Virus record (IMG/VR): IMGVR_UViG_3300042549_002361
Span: 1 to 59,482 of that record
Strand: one strand, 5' to 3'
Source of the DNA: a virus
Taxonomy: Duplodnaviria > Caudoviricetes
DNA: 59,482 bases
Part shown: in pieces, positions 16,853 to 27,282 of the stretch
Layout of the letters: the number at the start of each line of letters is the position of its first letter
How positions within the stretch are numbered: position 1 is the first letter of the stretch
Notes under the pieces: model-generated
Databases searched by the model: none
Told to the model about the DNA's origin: nothing
What the model saw: only the letters and a program-made list of their open reading frames with translations
Program-made: the position numbers and the translations under genes

Positions 16853-18145
16853 ATGAGTACTACTAGCACAAACAGCAAGAAGCGGGCAGTTAAAGCTAAT
16901 CGCGCTATTCCCGAAACTAAGAAAACTTCAGCACAGATCGAAGATGCGTTGATTAAGGCGCGAATCCAGATGCTTATTAGTGCGCCGTTCTTTGGCAACC
17001 TTGCTACTCGTTTGCGTTTTAAGGACGCAACAGAATGGCTTCCGACGTTGGCGACAGATGGTCGCTACTTCTACTACAACCGAAATTTTGTTGATGCGAT
17101 GACCGCAGAAGAATGCATCTTTGGCATGGGCCATGAGGTGCTACACTGTGTTTATGATCATATGGACAAGAAGCGTTTAGGTAATCGCGACCCGCGGCTT
17201 TGGAACATCGCTAACGACTATGTTATTAATGCAGACCTTATTGAAGCAAAAATTGGTGAGCAGATTAAGCTTGTAGACATTTGCTTTGATTGGAAGTATC
17301 GCGGTAAGATGTCTGAGGAAATTTACGATGACTTGTTTCAGAAGGCTGTAACAGAAGGTCGCGTTATCACTGTAGAGGCTTTCGACGATCACATCTATCG
17401 CGACGAGGACGGTGATGACGAAGGTGCAGGTGACGGCGAAGGCAATGACGGATCCAAAGGTCCTGTGCGTTACACTAAGGAAGAAAAGGATCAGATCAAG
17501 CAAGAGTTTCAGAACGCGGTGATTCAGAGTGCTAAGGCCGCTGGCGCAGGTAACTTGCCTGGTGGTGTTAAGCGTCTTGTTGATAAGTTGCTTAACCCGC
17601 AGTTGAGCTGGCGCGAGCTGCTGCCAATGCAGATCCAAAGTGTTATTAAAAGTGACTATACATATATGCGTCCCAGTCGCAAGGGCTTAGATGCAGGCTT
17701 TTATATGCCAGGTATGGATCGTGAACAGACAATCGATGTTGCTATTGCAATTGATACGTCTGGTTCAATTAGTAACGAGATGCTGGTAGACTTCCTTAGC
17801 GAGGTCCACGGCATTATGAGTCAGTACAACGACTTTACAATCCATCTTTGGTGCTTTGATACTGCAATCCACAATCCAATTAAGATTACAGCAGATACTT
17901 CGAGCGATTTGCTTACTTATGAGATTGGTGGTGGTGGTGGTACCGACTTTGACATTAACTTTGGATACATGAAAGAACAAGGTATTGTTCCTAAGAAGTT
18001 CATCATGTTCACTGATGGTTATCCGTGGGGCAGTTGGGGTGACGAATCCTACTGCGACAGTCTGTTTATTGTACACGGCAGCGAAGGTGAGAAGTCACCC
18101 GTTGCACCGTTTGGTATTACGGTCCCATACACACGGGCCGCTTAA
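16853..18145 (+). CDS. Metallopeptidase-like + vWA domain protein (DUF2201 type), MoxR partner
   Basis: HEVLH (HExxH), acidic linker, MIDAS DTSGS, GGGGTDF, FTDG. Confidence 0.9.
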   Translation: MSTTSTNSKKRAVKANRAIPETKKTSAQIEDALIKARIQMLISAPFFGNLATRLRFKDATEWLPTLATDGRYFYYNRNFVDAMTAEECIFGMGHEVLHCVYDHMDKKRLGNRDPRLWNIANDYVINADLIEAKIGEQIKLVDICFDWKYRGKMSEEIYDDLFQKAVTEGRVITVEAFDDHIYRDEDGDDEGAGDGEGNDGSKGPVRYTKEEKDQIKQEFQNAVIQSAKAAGAGNLPGGVKRLVDKLLNPQLSWRELLPMQIQSVIKSDYTYMRPSRKGLDAGFYMPGMDREQTIDVAIAIDTSGSISNEMLVDFLSEVHGIMSQYNDFTIHLWCFDTAIHNPIKITADTSSDLLTYEIGGGGGTDFDINFGYMKEQGIVPKKFIMFTDGYPWGSWGDESYCDSLFIVHGSEGEKSPVAPFGITVPYTRAA

Positions 18146-18156
18146 GGAGTATGAAG

Positions 18157-18426
18157 ATGTCTCGCAAGCTAGATGAAGTCGAATTTGAACTGTTGAGCGG
18201 CACTGACTTTATGGTACACCTTGTACGCAATAGTCGTAGAGTGATCGGAGTTTCTGTAGATATTCTCAACGATCTATTGAGCTACCTCGACTCACATGCT
18301 AAAGGTCTATATTATATTCGTACATTTGATGACAGTCATAAAGTAGTCCTGTACTTTGAAGATATAATGGACCGTGAAAATGTTGATCAATTTTTGCGCC
18401 AGTTTTCTAATGAAGAAATTTATTAA
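18157..18426 (+). CDS. Hypothetical protein
   Basis: SD AAGGAG; 89 aa from ATG 18157. Confidence 0.65.
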   Translation: MSRKLDEVEFELLSGTDFMVHLVRNSRRVIGVSVDILNDLLSYLDSHAKGLYYIRTFDDSHKVVLYFEDIMDRENVDQFLRQFSNEEIY

Positions 18427-18471
18427 GAATTAAATATACATATAAAGTACCACACACAAGGAGACTATTAT

Positions 18472-18735
18472 ATGGCAAAGCAAAAGGTAAATGAAATGAA
18501 TGAAGAAACAGTAGTCGAACAGGAGAGTGCTGTTCCTGAGTCAATCAGCTTGCAGGACCTGCAGGTTCTATTACAGATTGTTGACTTAGCAAGTTCGCGC
18601 GGCGCTTTTCGAGGCCCTGAGCTTACCCAAGTGGGCGCAATCTTTGATAAGCTAAATTCGTTTTTGAGCTTTATCAGTGAACAACAAAAAGCGAAAGCAG
18701 AAGCACAGGTTGCATCTGAATCTGCTGGGGAATAA
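18472..18735 (+). CDS. Conserved phage hypothetical protein
   Basis: ISLQDL...IVDLASSRGAFRGPELTQVG..FDKL; SD AAGGAG. Confidence 0.75.
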   Translation: MAKQKVNEMNEETVVEQESAVPESISLQDLQVLLQIVDLASSRGAFRGPELTQVGAIFDKLNSFLSFISEQQKAKAEAQVASESAGE

Positions 18736-18738
18736 ATT

Positions 18739-19353
18739 ATGGCACAGTTAATGAAGCATGTTGGTAAGTTTGGCGAAAAACCGTGTGTAGTTGTTTTTCG
18801 TGAACTCCCAGGCGAGCAAGATTATTGTTTGATTGTTCAGACAGAAAACCTAGAAGGTCGACAACACGACGATTTAATGAGTGTTGTTCAAAGCTTAGAA
18901 GCACAGGCAGCTAATGATATCAGTGAAGTGCTGTTCAGACGTCAATTCACTGACGGTACTAATATGCTAAACACTTTGCATTTTAGTAAGAAGTTGCAAA
19001 AGGTGCCTGTTGGTTTGGTACAACTAACACCTACACCTAGTCAGTCACTACCGCTTGAAGAAGTAAATGCTGAAATTCGTAAGCTAAAGGGCGGGTATAC
19101 ACCCCCGGTTAATGATGCATCACATCTGAACAACGATTCAACTAAAACAATAGCGTTAGATGAATCTGCAGAAGTACCGGCTAGTGCCGACGATGAGGGT
19201 GTAGCGAGTATTGCTAAGAATCTTCTAGCACAAGCTATGCTTATGGAAGATGATGCAACTGCATTACTAAAGGATGCAGAAACTAAAAAGCAAGAAGCTT
19301 TTAGACTTGATCCATCCTTGAGGCCACCAGGACGACCTAAAAAAATTAGATAA
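18739..19353 (+). CDS. Conserved phage hypothetical protein
   Basis: 204 aa; KHVG...VVVFRELP; basic C-terminal GRPKK. Confidence 0.75.
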   Translation: MAQLMKHVGKFGEKPCVVVFRELPGEQDYCLIVQTENLEGRQHDDLMSVVQSLEAQAANDISEVLFRRQFTDGTNMLNTLHFSKKLQKVPVGLVQLTPTPSQSLPLEEVNAEIRKLKGGYTPPVNDASHLNNDSTKTIALDESAEVPASADDEGVASIAKNLLAQAMLMEDDATALLKDAETKKQEAFRLDPSLRPPGRPKKIR

Positions 19354-19387
19354 ATAGTCTAGTAAATATTATAATAGGGACACAATT

Positions 19388-19726
19388 GTGGCGCATTCCC
19401 CCAACGTTGTTATTCTAGGCCGATCAAACGATACTATTGACAACGAATACATTAAGGATATTATATCATCAGTTGACCCAACTGGTGTTCCTGGTGAAGT
19501 TATTCATCGTGTATTCGTTGTTGATCAGTACGAAAATAAGTATGTTGTACCAGAGAAATTTTATTCAAACGGCATTAAATACAGCAGCCTTCCCGATAGT
19601 CTAAGTAAAGTTAAAACTACTCATCCTGTTAAAACAATTGAGATAGTAATTGATCTGTTATCTGTTAAGGACAGATTAGACATTAAATCTAAAGAGATAT
19701 TTTCTAATATCCCAAAAACATTTTGA
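19388..19726 (+). CDS. Hypothetical protein
   Basis: 112 aa, GTG start, preceded by two TAAATA motifs. Confidence 0.6.
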   Translation: MAHSPNVVILGRSNDTIDNEYIKDIISSVDPTGVPGEVIHRVFVVDQYENKYVVPEKFYSNGIKYSSLPDSLSKVKTTHPVKTIEIVIDLLSVKDRLDIKSKEIFSNIPKTF

Positions 19727-19754
19727 TTGACATCTAGTAGAATTCTGTTATAGT
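19727..19754 (+). promoter_or_regulatory. sigma70 promoter
   Basis: TTGACA 19727-19732, 16 bp, extended -10 TGT-TATAGT. Confidence 0.7.
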
Positions 19755-19785
19755 TAACACTGTGTTTAACAACAAACGGTGTTCT

Positions 19786-21558
19786 ATGAATCGCAATCTA
19801 GTATCAATAGCAGCCCTATCATTTTTGCTCGCCGCTTGTGGAGGTGAAACCTCTAGCAGCAACACCCCCATTACTATATCCCCGTTACAAATTTCAGCGC
19901 CAGCACCGACGTCGTCTACCGTAGACAAACGGTATAAGTTTGAACCATTTTCATACACCTATATGCTACCTACAGGGGAAACCACTGTAAGGTATCGAGT
20001 TGGGGAGTTTAAATCTTCCGATCAATTTTTAAAAACCGGAAACTTTAAAATTGAAGACTACGGTTTTTTTGAAGCTACTGTGACCGGTCTTAATAACGGT
20101 TGCCCTAGAAGTGAGTGCGGTGAAGAATATGCGGCCCCGGGACCGTGGAACCATCGACCCTATCAAATTATTGAATCCGATATTAACCGTGACGGCTACA
20201 AAGACTTCTATCTATTTGAATGGATTCATAATAGTCGTGCAGATGCACCTGACGACTTAATTCATGCCTTTATTAACGACGGTCAAGGACATTTTATTTT
20301 GTCAAATGACATTGTGTTTGATAGTGGTAAGGCATGTACTAGCTCAGGAGCAGAATTCCCTGCTCAATTTGGGGGTGCGGTTGGAGCTCTACCTAAAAAT
20401 AGAAATAGTTTGTGCGGTTATCTAATTGGTATGCCGCGGCATATACTAGTCGCTGATTTCAACAAAGATGGTATGGAAGATATTTTTGGAGGTATGGTTT
20501 TACAGTTAAGCAACGGTAGTAAGCTATACAATAAAACTCTCACAAATCTTCCTGAGTATTTTAGAAAGGATCACATGGATCCGCTATTTACTCATGATCA
20601 GTATGCAGCTGACGCAACAGGAGATAGTAACTTAGACATCTTCATGCCAGCAAAACTAACTGCTGTAAAAGGTTACTGGGGAGATGGGACAAGGATTGCT
20701 GGTTGTACAGAATGTGTTGCCACAGTACCCTGGTCTTTGTTAGTTAATGATGGAACAGGAAAATTTACAGTAAATCAAAACTTTCCTGTTATGGGTGTAG
20801 GTAAAGATCATCCTTTAGTAAAACAATATATGCCGCACAATGATCCTAGTAAGGGTGTTCTATGGGCCGGTAATGTTGAAGAATTGTGGGCAACAACTGC
20901 GGCAATTGCGGATTTCAATAGGGACGGCTATCCTGATGTTGTAGTAGGTTGGTTCAATCCTAGAGCAACTGAAACTTGGGGCTTAGGTAAGAACAGTGCT
21001 GGTGCAGTGTATTATAACGATGGCAAAAATGATTGGCGTAACCGTCCTATTATGACATTACCTGCCAGTTTTTATAACAGCAATGGTAATGCTAATGATA
21101 TGGAAGTTATGGACTTTGATGAAGATGGTTGGGTAGATATTATAGTTGCATCTACTAAACAAACACCTTACTATGAAGGTAGAGTGATTCAATTTTTTAA
21201 AAATAACCGAGACGGCACATTTATAGATGTGACTAGTTCTGTTTATTCAGATTACGCTAGATACGCTAACGGAACAGGCACACCGCTATGGAATGGTGAA
21301 GGACAACTTAGGCTGGTTGATTTTAATGGTGACGGCAGATTAGATATTGTTGATAGTACTACACATACCTATGTACTACTTAATGCAGGAAATGGTCGAT
21401 TTACGTTATATGATTCAACAAATTTTCCTAAGAATAACGGGAGCGATGGAACATATTTTCCTGTAAAACTTGACGGTAAGTATGGATTTATTGGTTACGG
21501 GACTTCGTGCTTAAGCAATAGTTGCACAACATCATATTTTCAAGTTAAGCCAAATTAA
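19786..21558 (+). CDS. FG-GAP/VCBS repeat lipoprotein (beta-propeller)
   Basis: Lipobox LLAAC; repeats DINRDGYKD, DFNKDGMED, DATGDSNLD, DFNRDGYPD, DFDEDGWVD, DFNGDGRLD, each with N.G.G.F. Confidence 0.85.
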   Translation: MNRNLVSIAALSFLLAACGGETSSSNTPITISPLQISAPAPTSSTVDKRYKFEPFSYTYMLPTGETTVRYRVGEFKSSDQFLKTGNFKIEDYGFFEATVTGLNNGCPRSECGEEYAAPGPWNHRPYQIIESDINRDGYKDFYLFEWIHNSRADAPDDLIHAFINDGQGHFILSNDIVFDSGKACTSSGAEFPAQFGGAVGALPKNRNSLCGYLIGMPRHILVADFNKDGMEDIFGGMVLQLSNGSKLYNKTLTNLPEYFRKDHMDPLFTHDQYAADATGDSNLDIFMPAKLTAVKGYWGDGTRIAGCTECVATVPWSLLVNDGTGKFTVNQNFPVMGVGKDHPLVKQYMPHNDPSKGVLWAGNVEELWATTAAIADFNRDGYPDVVVGWFNPRATETWGLGKNSAGAVYYNDGKNDWRNRPIMTLPASFYNSNGNANDMEVMDFDEDGWVDIIVASTKQTPYYEGRVIQFFKNNRDGTFIDVTSSVYSDYARYANGTGTPLWNGEGQLRLVDFNGDGRLDIVDSTTHTYVLLNAGNGRFTLYDSTNFPKNNGSDGTYFPVKLDGKYGFIGYGTSCLSNSCTTSYFQVKPN

Positions 21559-21564
21559 TATTAC

Positions 21565-22257
21565 TTATTTGTAACCAATTTGCATAAATCGGGTGTACGC
21601 AGGTGTTTTCATAATGCCTGCGTACATTCTATTACGCATAGGATACATAGCAAACATTTCTTCAATAGTTTTACAAGTGTTAATGTGCCCCATATAACCT
21701 TCGCTGTCGTTGGTTTGCATAGCTATTAGTTGAGTACTATCTGCTGTTTCAAACCAGTGTGTATTCATATGTTCACAACTAGTGTTGATGACGATATCCG
21801 GTGTAGTATGAATAAGCTCACCACCAGTTTCAAAGATCATGTTACCGGTGTATAGTGTACTGACATCAGCAACAACACCCTTAAACTGCCAGCCTTCTTG
21901 TACATAACGTTGATTAAAACGTTCTGCTAACATAATAGAATCAGGATCTAGATCAATACCATAAACCCGTTCGATGTCTGCAATATTAAGCAGCGGTTGA
22001 ACAATACTACCAACCCAGCAACCTAATAGTGCAACCGTGTAGGTTTTATCATATTCTATTTGTTTGAACAACTTTTCTAGCAGCCAACTTTTACTAGCAA
22101 GTTGGCCTTTGCTAAACGCATCTTTAGGATAGCCGCCGTAGATGGCACGTTCAAAATAGCTAGGAGGCATAGCAACAAAGCTGTCCTCGCTGTCAATGTA
22201 AGCCTCTACCTTTGCCCAGGTATTATTGTTGATTGTATCTATTTCGCAGCCACTCAT
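21565..22257 (-). CDS. Class I SAM-dependent methyltransferase-like protein
   Basis: LLGCWVG motif I-like, IDLDP, VINTSCEH. Confidence 0.65.
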   Translation of the reverse strand: MSGCEIDTINNNTWAKVEAYIDSEDSFVAMPPSYFERAIYGGYPKDAFSKGQLASKSWLLEKLFKQIEYDKTYTVALLGCWVGSIVQPLLNIADIERVYGIDLDPDSIMLAERFNQRYVQEGWQFKGVVADVSTLYTGNMIFETGGELIHTTPDIVINTSCEHMNTHWFETADSTQLIAMQTNDSEGYMGHINTCKTIEEMFAMYPMRNRMYAGIMKTPAYTRFMQIGYK

Positions 22258-25200
22258 AATCGTTTATCCTTGCTAATGCTTCTATGTCATTGCGGTTAGC
22301 TAGTGCATATGCACGACCTTCCTCTGCACCGCGCTTTGCATCATGTCTAAAGAACGCATCCGGCACAGGATGCAGCCATCCATCTAATCTTTCAATACTC
22401 TCAGCATCGTCCTTTAGTGCTAGTTTAACACATTCACGGAAGGCACTGCGCCATGTGCTGTATGCATCGGTGTTAAAACGTGTCACGCAACTTACTTCTG
22501 GCATTGCTTTGAATCTAGTACTTAGCCCGGTTGTAAAGTCTAGACCCCAACTTGTGGCATTGATTACTTGTTCACGGTTGAATAGTTTAACACCACCATA
22601 TCCATATTCCATACCAGTTATAGGATTCTTACTTGCCCAAACATGAACAACTTCTTGATCATATACATCGGGTATATACCCAAACTCAAATGTATCCAAA
22701 ATGTCAGCGTCAGCATCTACTACCCAAAACATTTTGCTGTTACCGCTTTGTGCAGCCGCTTTATGCGCTTCAAATATACCAGCAACATCTTTGACCCAGG
22801 TTGCAGGGAAACGTGCTGTAAGACGCTTATATGCGCTTGTAGCACCCTCTTCCTTGTACGATAAGAACACGATATCATAGGGCTCGTAAGTACTACCTAA
22901 TTCTTTAACATATTGGATATCTTTGAGCTTATTTAATCGGATACTATCAGTTGTTAATTGGGAATAATCTTTTTGGGTAGGCCACAATCTTAAACCGCCA
23001 TAACTGTGAACTTTTTGGGTATGAGGATTCTGTCTTTGCCAAACATGTATTTTATTAATGCTCAAAATGTCTGGGAGGTAGCCTGCGTCCAGCACACTTT
23101 GTTCAACACTAACATCAGGATCAACAGTCCACAGGAACGGAACTTCCTGATTAGCAAATTCCTGTAGAGCAGTGACTAGCTCTGTCTTTGTTACATCTTG
23201 TAGATGTAAAACTGGCCACTGGGGACGCAGACTACCAATAGTATTTATTTGTTTTAGTTTTTCAAAACTATTGTTAGCTATGTCTTTACTGGTTAAGGTA
23301 GTGGTTGCAAATGTTCCTTTAGGATACAGTCTAATATTTCTATAAGCACCATCTTCATCTGCAAATACGTGAACGTTTTGCTGATCCCACTGTGTTGGAT
23401 AATAATCAAACTTAAAGTCTGGATTAACTCGAGTAAAAGGATCCACAACCCAATACATAGAATTCTCTACAGTACTGTCTGTGTGTGTAAGTTGTTCAAT
23501 AATATCGAGCTGTGGATCCAGTTTTACGATAGGAAATTCTTTTTGTGTACATGCTGGTTCTCGAATGTACTTAGGTCTTCCTTTAGCTTGTGGTACTTTA
23601 GGACATAGCATAACGCCAGAATAATCATATTGACGACCTGTAACAGGATTTAATTTTTGCCAGACATGTGCTTTTCCTTCATCCCACGTTTCAGGAATAA
23701 AGTCAAAGTCAAAATTTTCTAGTACAGTAACGTTAGGATCTATGACCCAAAACCAGTTATTAGTAGATTTTTCTCGGCCCAATTCTTCACTATTAAATTT
23801 TTCAAATTCTAAATCTTTAAAAGGGCTAATAAAATGTATCACAAGTTCAGCATTGTTCCACGTTTTAGGAACCCAACGAATACCACCCATGCTTTCAGGA
23901 TACTTGTGTTTTAGTTGTTCACCTAAATGAAAGCTGTGTATCATATTGCGTTGAAAATCAGGTGGCACCCAAGATACTTCTCTAGCTAATTTATATTCTT
24001 TGTCGATAAGCCAACAGTCTTGTGTTACTACTCTATAATCATTTGGATCTTCTACATAAAGAATAGGGTACTGCTTGTTTCCTGTAGGAGAAGACGAAAT
24101 GTATTTTGCGTCGTCTTTATTATATTTAACAGGAACTAGTTTAGCACCGCCGCAACGATTATCGCTAACATTAGTAACACTTAAAGGATACTTATGTTGT
24201 AATTGGTCTGGTATTTTAAAAATATGAATATACTTTTGATCGTGCTTGTGTGGGACATAGTTGAATACATCATTTAACTCGTGCTCACTGTCAACAAGCC
24301 AAAACATTTTAGTTCTACTTTTTCTAGCATAAGTTTCATAATTGTTTATATCGGTTGAATAAAAAATATCATAACGAACAGGTACAATTCCTAATTGATA
24401 TTTGTGTTTAGTCATATCAAATTTCTTATGTACAAGTCGTACACCGCCACAGCGAATATCCCAAGGTTCATTTACTGATTCAGGATAACGTTCGTCTAAA
24501 TGTCCAGGTATTTTAAACACATGTATATATTCAACTTCGTGTGTCGCAGGCACATAATAGAGCTTACCGTTAAATGTAAAATCTCTGTCTACTATCCAAA
24601 ACCAATCAGTTTTACTGCGTTCTGCATATTCATTATATGTTTCTACATTGAATTCGTCGCTGTCTATAAAGAATATATCATATTCTTTATCAGCAATAGG
24701 ACAAGCAGGATGTATTTTTAGTTCAGCAGTTTGCCAACACTTAGGTACTAATCTTATACCACCCATCGCTTGAGGATATTTTTCTGTGAGCTGATAAGGC
24801 ATACGGAAGCAGTGTATGTAATCTTGTTCGAAAGGATTAGGGACCCAGTCTAATGTACTTGTGTCGATGCTATGATCATTATCTATAAGCCAAACATAAT
24901 CATCTTTAAATTTATCACGCTGTGCATAGTTGTTTACATCAGTTACATATAATACAGGATAATCAATGCCTGCGTCTAAGAAACTGTGGTATTTAATTTG
25001 TGCAGTTTTCCATTCACGTGGATATAGTTTGATACCGCCTTCTTTCTCGGGGTATTTGTGTTCTAGCTGGCCACGTAAATGAAAACTATGTATAAAGGTT
25101 GGCTCAAAATTATCAGGAGCCCAATTAATTTCATTAGTTAATTTATATTCTTTATCCACACACCATACATGTGTAGCATAAGGATGATAGTCAAAGTATG

Positions 25201-25525
25201 CCTCAGGAGTTGAAGTATTCAATGTATCAAAACTTTTGCGACACACAACTCGATTAATTTCCTTTGTGCCTTTGGATTTATTCTTAGGTAGCAGCTTAAC
25301 ACCGCCGTAGTTCTTACTACTCCATTTCCAAACATGTTCGTAATCTTGATCGTATTCTACGGGTCTAAAATCAAACAGTTCAGAGTCAACAATTTCGATG
25401 TTAGGTTCTATCACCCAATACATTTTTGTACGTGACATTATTTCATCATAAGATTCTACCTGCTTTGCAAACGGTAAAGCATCTTTTAGTTTTGTGTTTT
25501 CGCCTATGTAAAATATGTCAAACAT
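22223..25525 (-). CDS. Tandem-repeat glycosyltransferase-like protein (10 units, the last intact with DADAD)
   Basis: Repeating DIF..W.VD..P..D..IH.F..GG.RL.P unit; C-terminal unit is homologous to 45650-46645. Confidence 0.7.
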   Translation of the reverse strand: MFDIFYIGENTKLKDALPFAKQVESYDEIMSRTKMYWVIEPNIEIVDSELFDFRPVEYDQDYEHVWKWSSKNYGGVKLLPKNKSKGTKEINRVVCRKSFDTLNTSTPEAYFDYHPYATHVWCVDKEYKLTNEINWAPDNFEPTFIHSFHLRGQLEHKYPEKEGGIKLYPREWKTAQIKYHSFLDAGIDYPVLYVTDVNNYAQRDKFKDDYVWLIDNDHSIDTSTLDWVPNPFEQDYIHCFRMPYQLTEKYPQAMGGIRLVPKCWQTAELKIHPACPIADKEYDIFFIDSDEFNVETYNEYAERSKTDWFWIVDRDFTFNGKLYYVPATHEVEYIHVFKIPGHLDERYPESVNEPWDIRCGGVRLVHKKFDMTKHKYQLGIVPVRYDIFYSTDINNYETYARKSRTKMFWLVDSEHELNDVFNYVPHKHDQKYIHIFKIPDQLQHKYPLSVTNVSDNRCGGAKLVPVKYNKDDAKYISSSPTGNKQYPILYVEDPNDYRVVTQDCWLIDKEYKLAREVSWVPPDFQRNMIHSFHLGEQLKHKYPESMGGIRWVPKTWNNAELVIHFISPFKDLEFEKFNSEELGREKSTNNWFWVIDPNVTVLENFDFDFIPETWDEGKAHVWQKLNPVTGRQYDYSGVMLCPKVPQAKGRPKYIREPACTQKEFPIVKLDPQLDIIEQLTHTDSTVENSMYWVVDPFTRVNPDFKFDYYPTQWDQQNVHVFADEDGAYRNIRLYPKGTFATTTLTSKDIANNSFEKLKQINTIGSLRPQWPVLHLQDVTKTELVTALQEFANQEVPFLWTVDPDVSVEQSVLDAGYLPDILSINKIHVWQRQNPHTQKVHSYGGLRLWPTQKDYSQLTTDSIRLNKLKDIQYVKELGSTYEPYDIVFLSYKEEGATSAYKRLTARFPATWVKDVAGIFEAHKAAAQSGNSKMFWVVDADADILDTFEFGYIPDVYDQEVVHVWASKNPITGMEYGYGGVKLFNREQVINATSWGLDFTTGLSTRFKAMPEVSCVTRFNTDAYSTWRSAFRECVKLALKDDAESIERLDGWLHPVPDAFFRHDAKRGAEEGRAYALANRNDIEALARINDYEWLRNRYNQQ

Positions 25526-25760
25526 TATTTTTAATCTTAGCTAGCGCCTCTGCTAATTGTTTCATCAAAAGTTCTGTTTCTTTAGCTCTTTCTGCAATTT
25601 TTACGAGTTTGGTTTTTAAATAGTAACTTGAATTCTTAATACCATTAAGCACTGCAAGTCTAGGATGGTTTACACAATTTTCTAGATGCTCAGGTAATTT
25701 TTCTTTGCAGTGTATACACCTACCTTCTAGTTTTAACTGTGCTGTATCAACGTCATCCAT
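25518..25760 (-). CDS. Hypothetical protein (CxxC/H/C Zn-finger-like plus coiled coil)
   Basis: CIHC...HLENC; overlaps both neighbours. Confidence 0.55.
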   Translation of the reverse strand: MDDVDTAQLKLEGRCIHCKEKLPEHLENCVNHPRLAVLNGIKNSSYYLKTKLVKIAERAKETELLMKQLAEALAKIKNNV

Positions 25761-27279
25761 CGTGAGTGTGAACCTTTACACCGTAGTATTCTGCAAATGC
25801 TGCCGCATCCTTTTCATCGTTAACAATGGGTTGACCTTTAATATTAAGACTAGTGTTAACCAACATAGGACACCCGGTTTTCTTATAAAACTTAGACAGT
25901 AATTCGTACAACCCAGGATTCTGTTCCGGTGTAACAGTTTGCACACGGCTAGTACCGTCTGCGTGAATAACGGCAGGAAATTCTTTAGGCTTTTTACATT
26001 TAGCAACAAACTGCATATACGGACTTTGTAGTCCTTCTTGCGGCATTTCAAAATATTCGTCGCAGTGTTCTGCTAATATGACGGGTGCGAACGGCCGGAA
26101 CTTTTGACGCTTTTTAATCGCGTTCATCCTGTCTTTGATGTCACCTCCTCGTGGGTCTGCTAATAGGCTACGGTTACCCAGTGCTCTGGGACCGAATTCA
26201 GCCCGACCGTTCGCTATTCCAAAGATCTCACCACGCTCTAATGAACGTAATGCTTTCTTTACAGGGTACGTCCCAGGTATATTACTACCCAAGTACGGAC
26301 CATGCCACTCTACTCTTTTAGAAGTTAAATTGTAATAGTGTAACGCGGCAGCACCTAAGCTGCTACCAGCGTCACCCGGATTTGGCATAATATGAACATT
26401 GTCATACAGCTCAAACAGTCGTTTATTGGCTACACAGTTAAGCGCGACACCGCCCATAAACACAAGATTATTACTGCCGGTTAGTTCTTGTGCTTGTAAT
26501 GCATATCTATAAATTCGTTCTTCGGCAATCGCTTGTGCGCTAGCGGCGATGTTATAGTCGTTGGGGAAATGTCCTGAGTCATCTATATTATTAATTAGGC
26601 CGCGGCTAAGTGTTCCTTTGGTGATTCCTCTATGAAGATTTATTTTAGATAAGAATGGATTATTATTAGTCTCCTCAAAGAATAAATCTTCCATAACATT
26701 TTTTAAGATTGGCTCGCCGTATGCAGACATGCCCATGAGAATGTATTCATCTTCCATAGGCTTTAGCCCTACATAGTGTGTTACTGCACTGTAGAACAGG
26801 CCTAAGCTGTTAGGATACTTAACACTGTGCTTTCGCTTTAGTTTACCACCTGTCCAATGCCAAATAGTAGCAGTGTCAAACTCGCCAATAGCATCAATAA
26901 CCATTACAGCGCACTCGTCGAATGAACTGGTTAACACACCTGCGGCGGCATGTGTTTCGTGATGCCAATAACTTTTAATGGGAATGTCTTTTAACTCTGG
27001 ATAGAAGTTACGTATCCAATATTCCTGTGTGGGCTCTTTTACGCCACGCCAATTAAGTGCGACTGCATTGCGTAGTTTCTTTGCCCAGCTCTTTTCATGC
27101 AAGGCGATATAGTCGGGCTTGCCGTAGGTCAATGCTTCTCGAATCATTTCTCTGTTGAGAAATGCATCATTCTTTTTCTTGCTATAGCGTTCTGCGTGGG
27201 CGGCAAAAAGGATCTTGCCGTCCTCTACTACAGTAACACTAGCATCATGAAACATACTGCTGATGCCTAAAATTCTCAT
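25753..27279 (-). CDS. O-carbamoyltransferase (NodU/CmcH/TobZ family)
   Basis: HDAS, ERYSKKK, HHETHA, DAIGE, GGVALNC, GDAG, EFGPRALGNRS, RPFAP, HADGTSRVQTV, NTSLN. Confidence 0.95.
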   Translation of the reverse strand: MRILGISSMFHDASVTVVEDGKILFAAHAERYSKKKNDAFLNREMIREALTYGKPDYIALHEKSWAKKLRNAVALNWRGVKEPTQEYWIRNFYPELKDIPIKSYWHHETHAAAGVLTSSFDECAVMVIDAIGEFDTATIWHWTGGKLKRKHSVKYPNSLGLFYSAVTHYVGLKPMEDEYILMGMSAYGEPILKNVMEDLFFEETNNNPFLSKINLHRGITKGTLSRGLINNIDDSGHFPNDYNIAASAQAIAEERIYRYALQAQELTGSNNLVFMGGVALNCVANKRLFELYDNVHIMPNPGDAGSSLGAAALHYYNLTSKRVEWHGPYLGSNIPGTYPVKKALRSLERGEIFGIANGRAEFGPRALGNRSLLADPRGGDIKDRMNAIKKRQKFRPFAPVILAEHCDEYFEMPQEGLQSPYMQFVAKCKKPKEFPAVIHADGTSRVQTVTPEQNPGLYELLSKFYKKTGCPMLVNTSLNIKGQPIVNDEKDAAAFAEYYGVKVHTHDG

Positions 27280-27282
27280 ATC

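Noticed and set aside
17929-17941. GGT trinucleotide repeat as a phase-variation tract
   Set aside because: It encodes the conserved GGGGT motif of the vWA domain and is in frame
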